DNA of 64,000 nt from Vulcanimicrobiales bacterium. Lineage in GTDB: Bacteria; Vulcanimicrobiota; Vulcanimicrobiia; Vulcanimicrobiales; Vulcanimicrobiaceae. The notes beneath the pieces were generated by a model that saw nothing but the letters and a program-made list of their open reading frames with translations, had not been told where the DNA came from and did not search any database. Where the stretch lies: the NCBI GenBank assembly GCA_038231455.1, contig JBBRLI010000004.1, forward strand, positions 1 to 64,000, in the 5' to 3' direction. Both the position numbers and the translations under genes were made by a program. This document shows positions 63,402 through 64,000 of this stretch, one piece after another (the first letter of the stretch is position 1; each line of letters opens with the position of its first letter).

Positions 63402-64000
63402 ATGGCCACAAATACGCCTGGAGCGAACCGCTGGGCAATCGCATGGTCCGGGGTCATCGTCATGATCCTGGCCGGCACCGCCTACGCGTGGAGCAACTTC
63501 ACGACGCCGCTGCGCGCCTCGTTCGGTTGGAGCTCGACCGAAGTTAGTTTGGTTTTTGGGATCGCCATCTTTTCGCTTGGCATCGGCGCCGTGATCGGCG
63601 GTCGCTGGCAAGATCGTGTCGGACCGCGAGTCGTAACCATCACCGGGATCGTCCTCTGGGGTCTGGGCAATCTGCTCGCTGCCGTTGGTCCGCACTCGGT
63701 CTTATGGTGGGATCTCACCTACGGCGTGATCGGCGGCCTCGGCAATGGCATGGCATACATCACACCGGTTGCGACCGTGACCAAGTGGTTCCCCGACAAG
63801 CGCGGACTCGCAAGCGGCATGGTCGTTATGGGTTTTGGCCTCGGCGCTTTTTTCTACGGCTTCATCCTCAAAGCGATTCCGGCGTTTGTGACCGCATCCA
63901 AACACGCGCAGGCGTTCATCGACGCGAAAGCCGCCGCGCTCAAAGCCGGCACGACCTTCGATCCCGCGGCCTTCGCAATGACCGCTGATGACATCGGCAT
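63402..64000 (+). CDS. OFA (oxalate/formate antiporter) family MFS transporter, 3' truncated
   Basis: Translated by hand: NRWAIA..GTAYAWS.F, GGRWQDRVGPR, YGVIGGLG.G..YI.P, KWFPDKRGLASG; AGGAG RBS. Confidence 0.9.
   Translation, partial: MATNTPGANRWAIAWSGVIVMILAGTAYAWSNFTTPLRASFGWSSTEVSLVFGIAIFSLGIGAVIGGRWQDRVGPRVVTITGIVLWGLGNLLAAVGPHSVLWWDLTYGVIGGLGNGMAYITPVATVTKWFPDKRGLASGMVVMGFGLGAFFYGFILKAIPAFVTASKHAQAFIDAKAAALKAGTTFDPAAFAMTADDIG

Overview
GC-rich (about 60-65% by eye) bacterial chromosome segment with very dense coding. Gene content and protein style suggest an Eremiobacterota/Vulcanimicrobiota-like diderm, but this is an unconfirmed inference. Main blocks in order: system II cytochrome c maturation (ResB, CcsA); a degenerate alginate-lyase-like protein and a PAS hybrid histidine kinase; SelO between two MFS genes; a Rieske/cytochrome b complex with a tandemly duplicated Rieske gene and a cyt b-subunit IV-cyt c fusion carrying PAWY in place of PEWY; a Pmp-repeat lipoprotein; an AKR-TetR operon; ArnT; a tetrapyrrole/siroheme operon with a SirC/CysG-HemC-half-HemD fusion, an inserted mobA and a CobA-HemD fusion; transporters, arginase and a BMP-type nucleoside ABC system; duplicated PAS proteins, ilvE and chrA; a phosphatase cluster; a GMC oxidase, a frameshift-split alpha-2-macroglobulin, an MCP and a partial OFA-type MFS. 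I found no rRNA, tRNA, CRISPR array or mobile element. The most notable observations are the two Rieske isoforms that differ at redox-tuning residues, the PAWY cyt b/c fusion, the interleaved heme-pathway fusions, probable ATT and CTG start codons, two apparent single-base frameshifts, and a short motif shared by the A2M bait region and a small secreted protein beside a TonB-like gene. All calls come from reading motifs by eye; no database searches were run.
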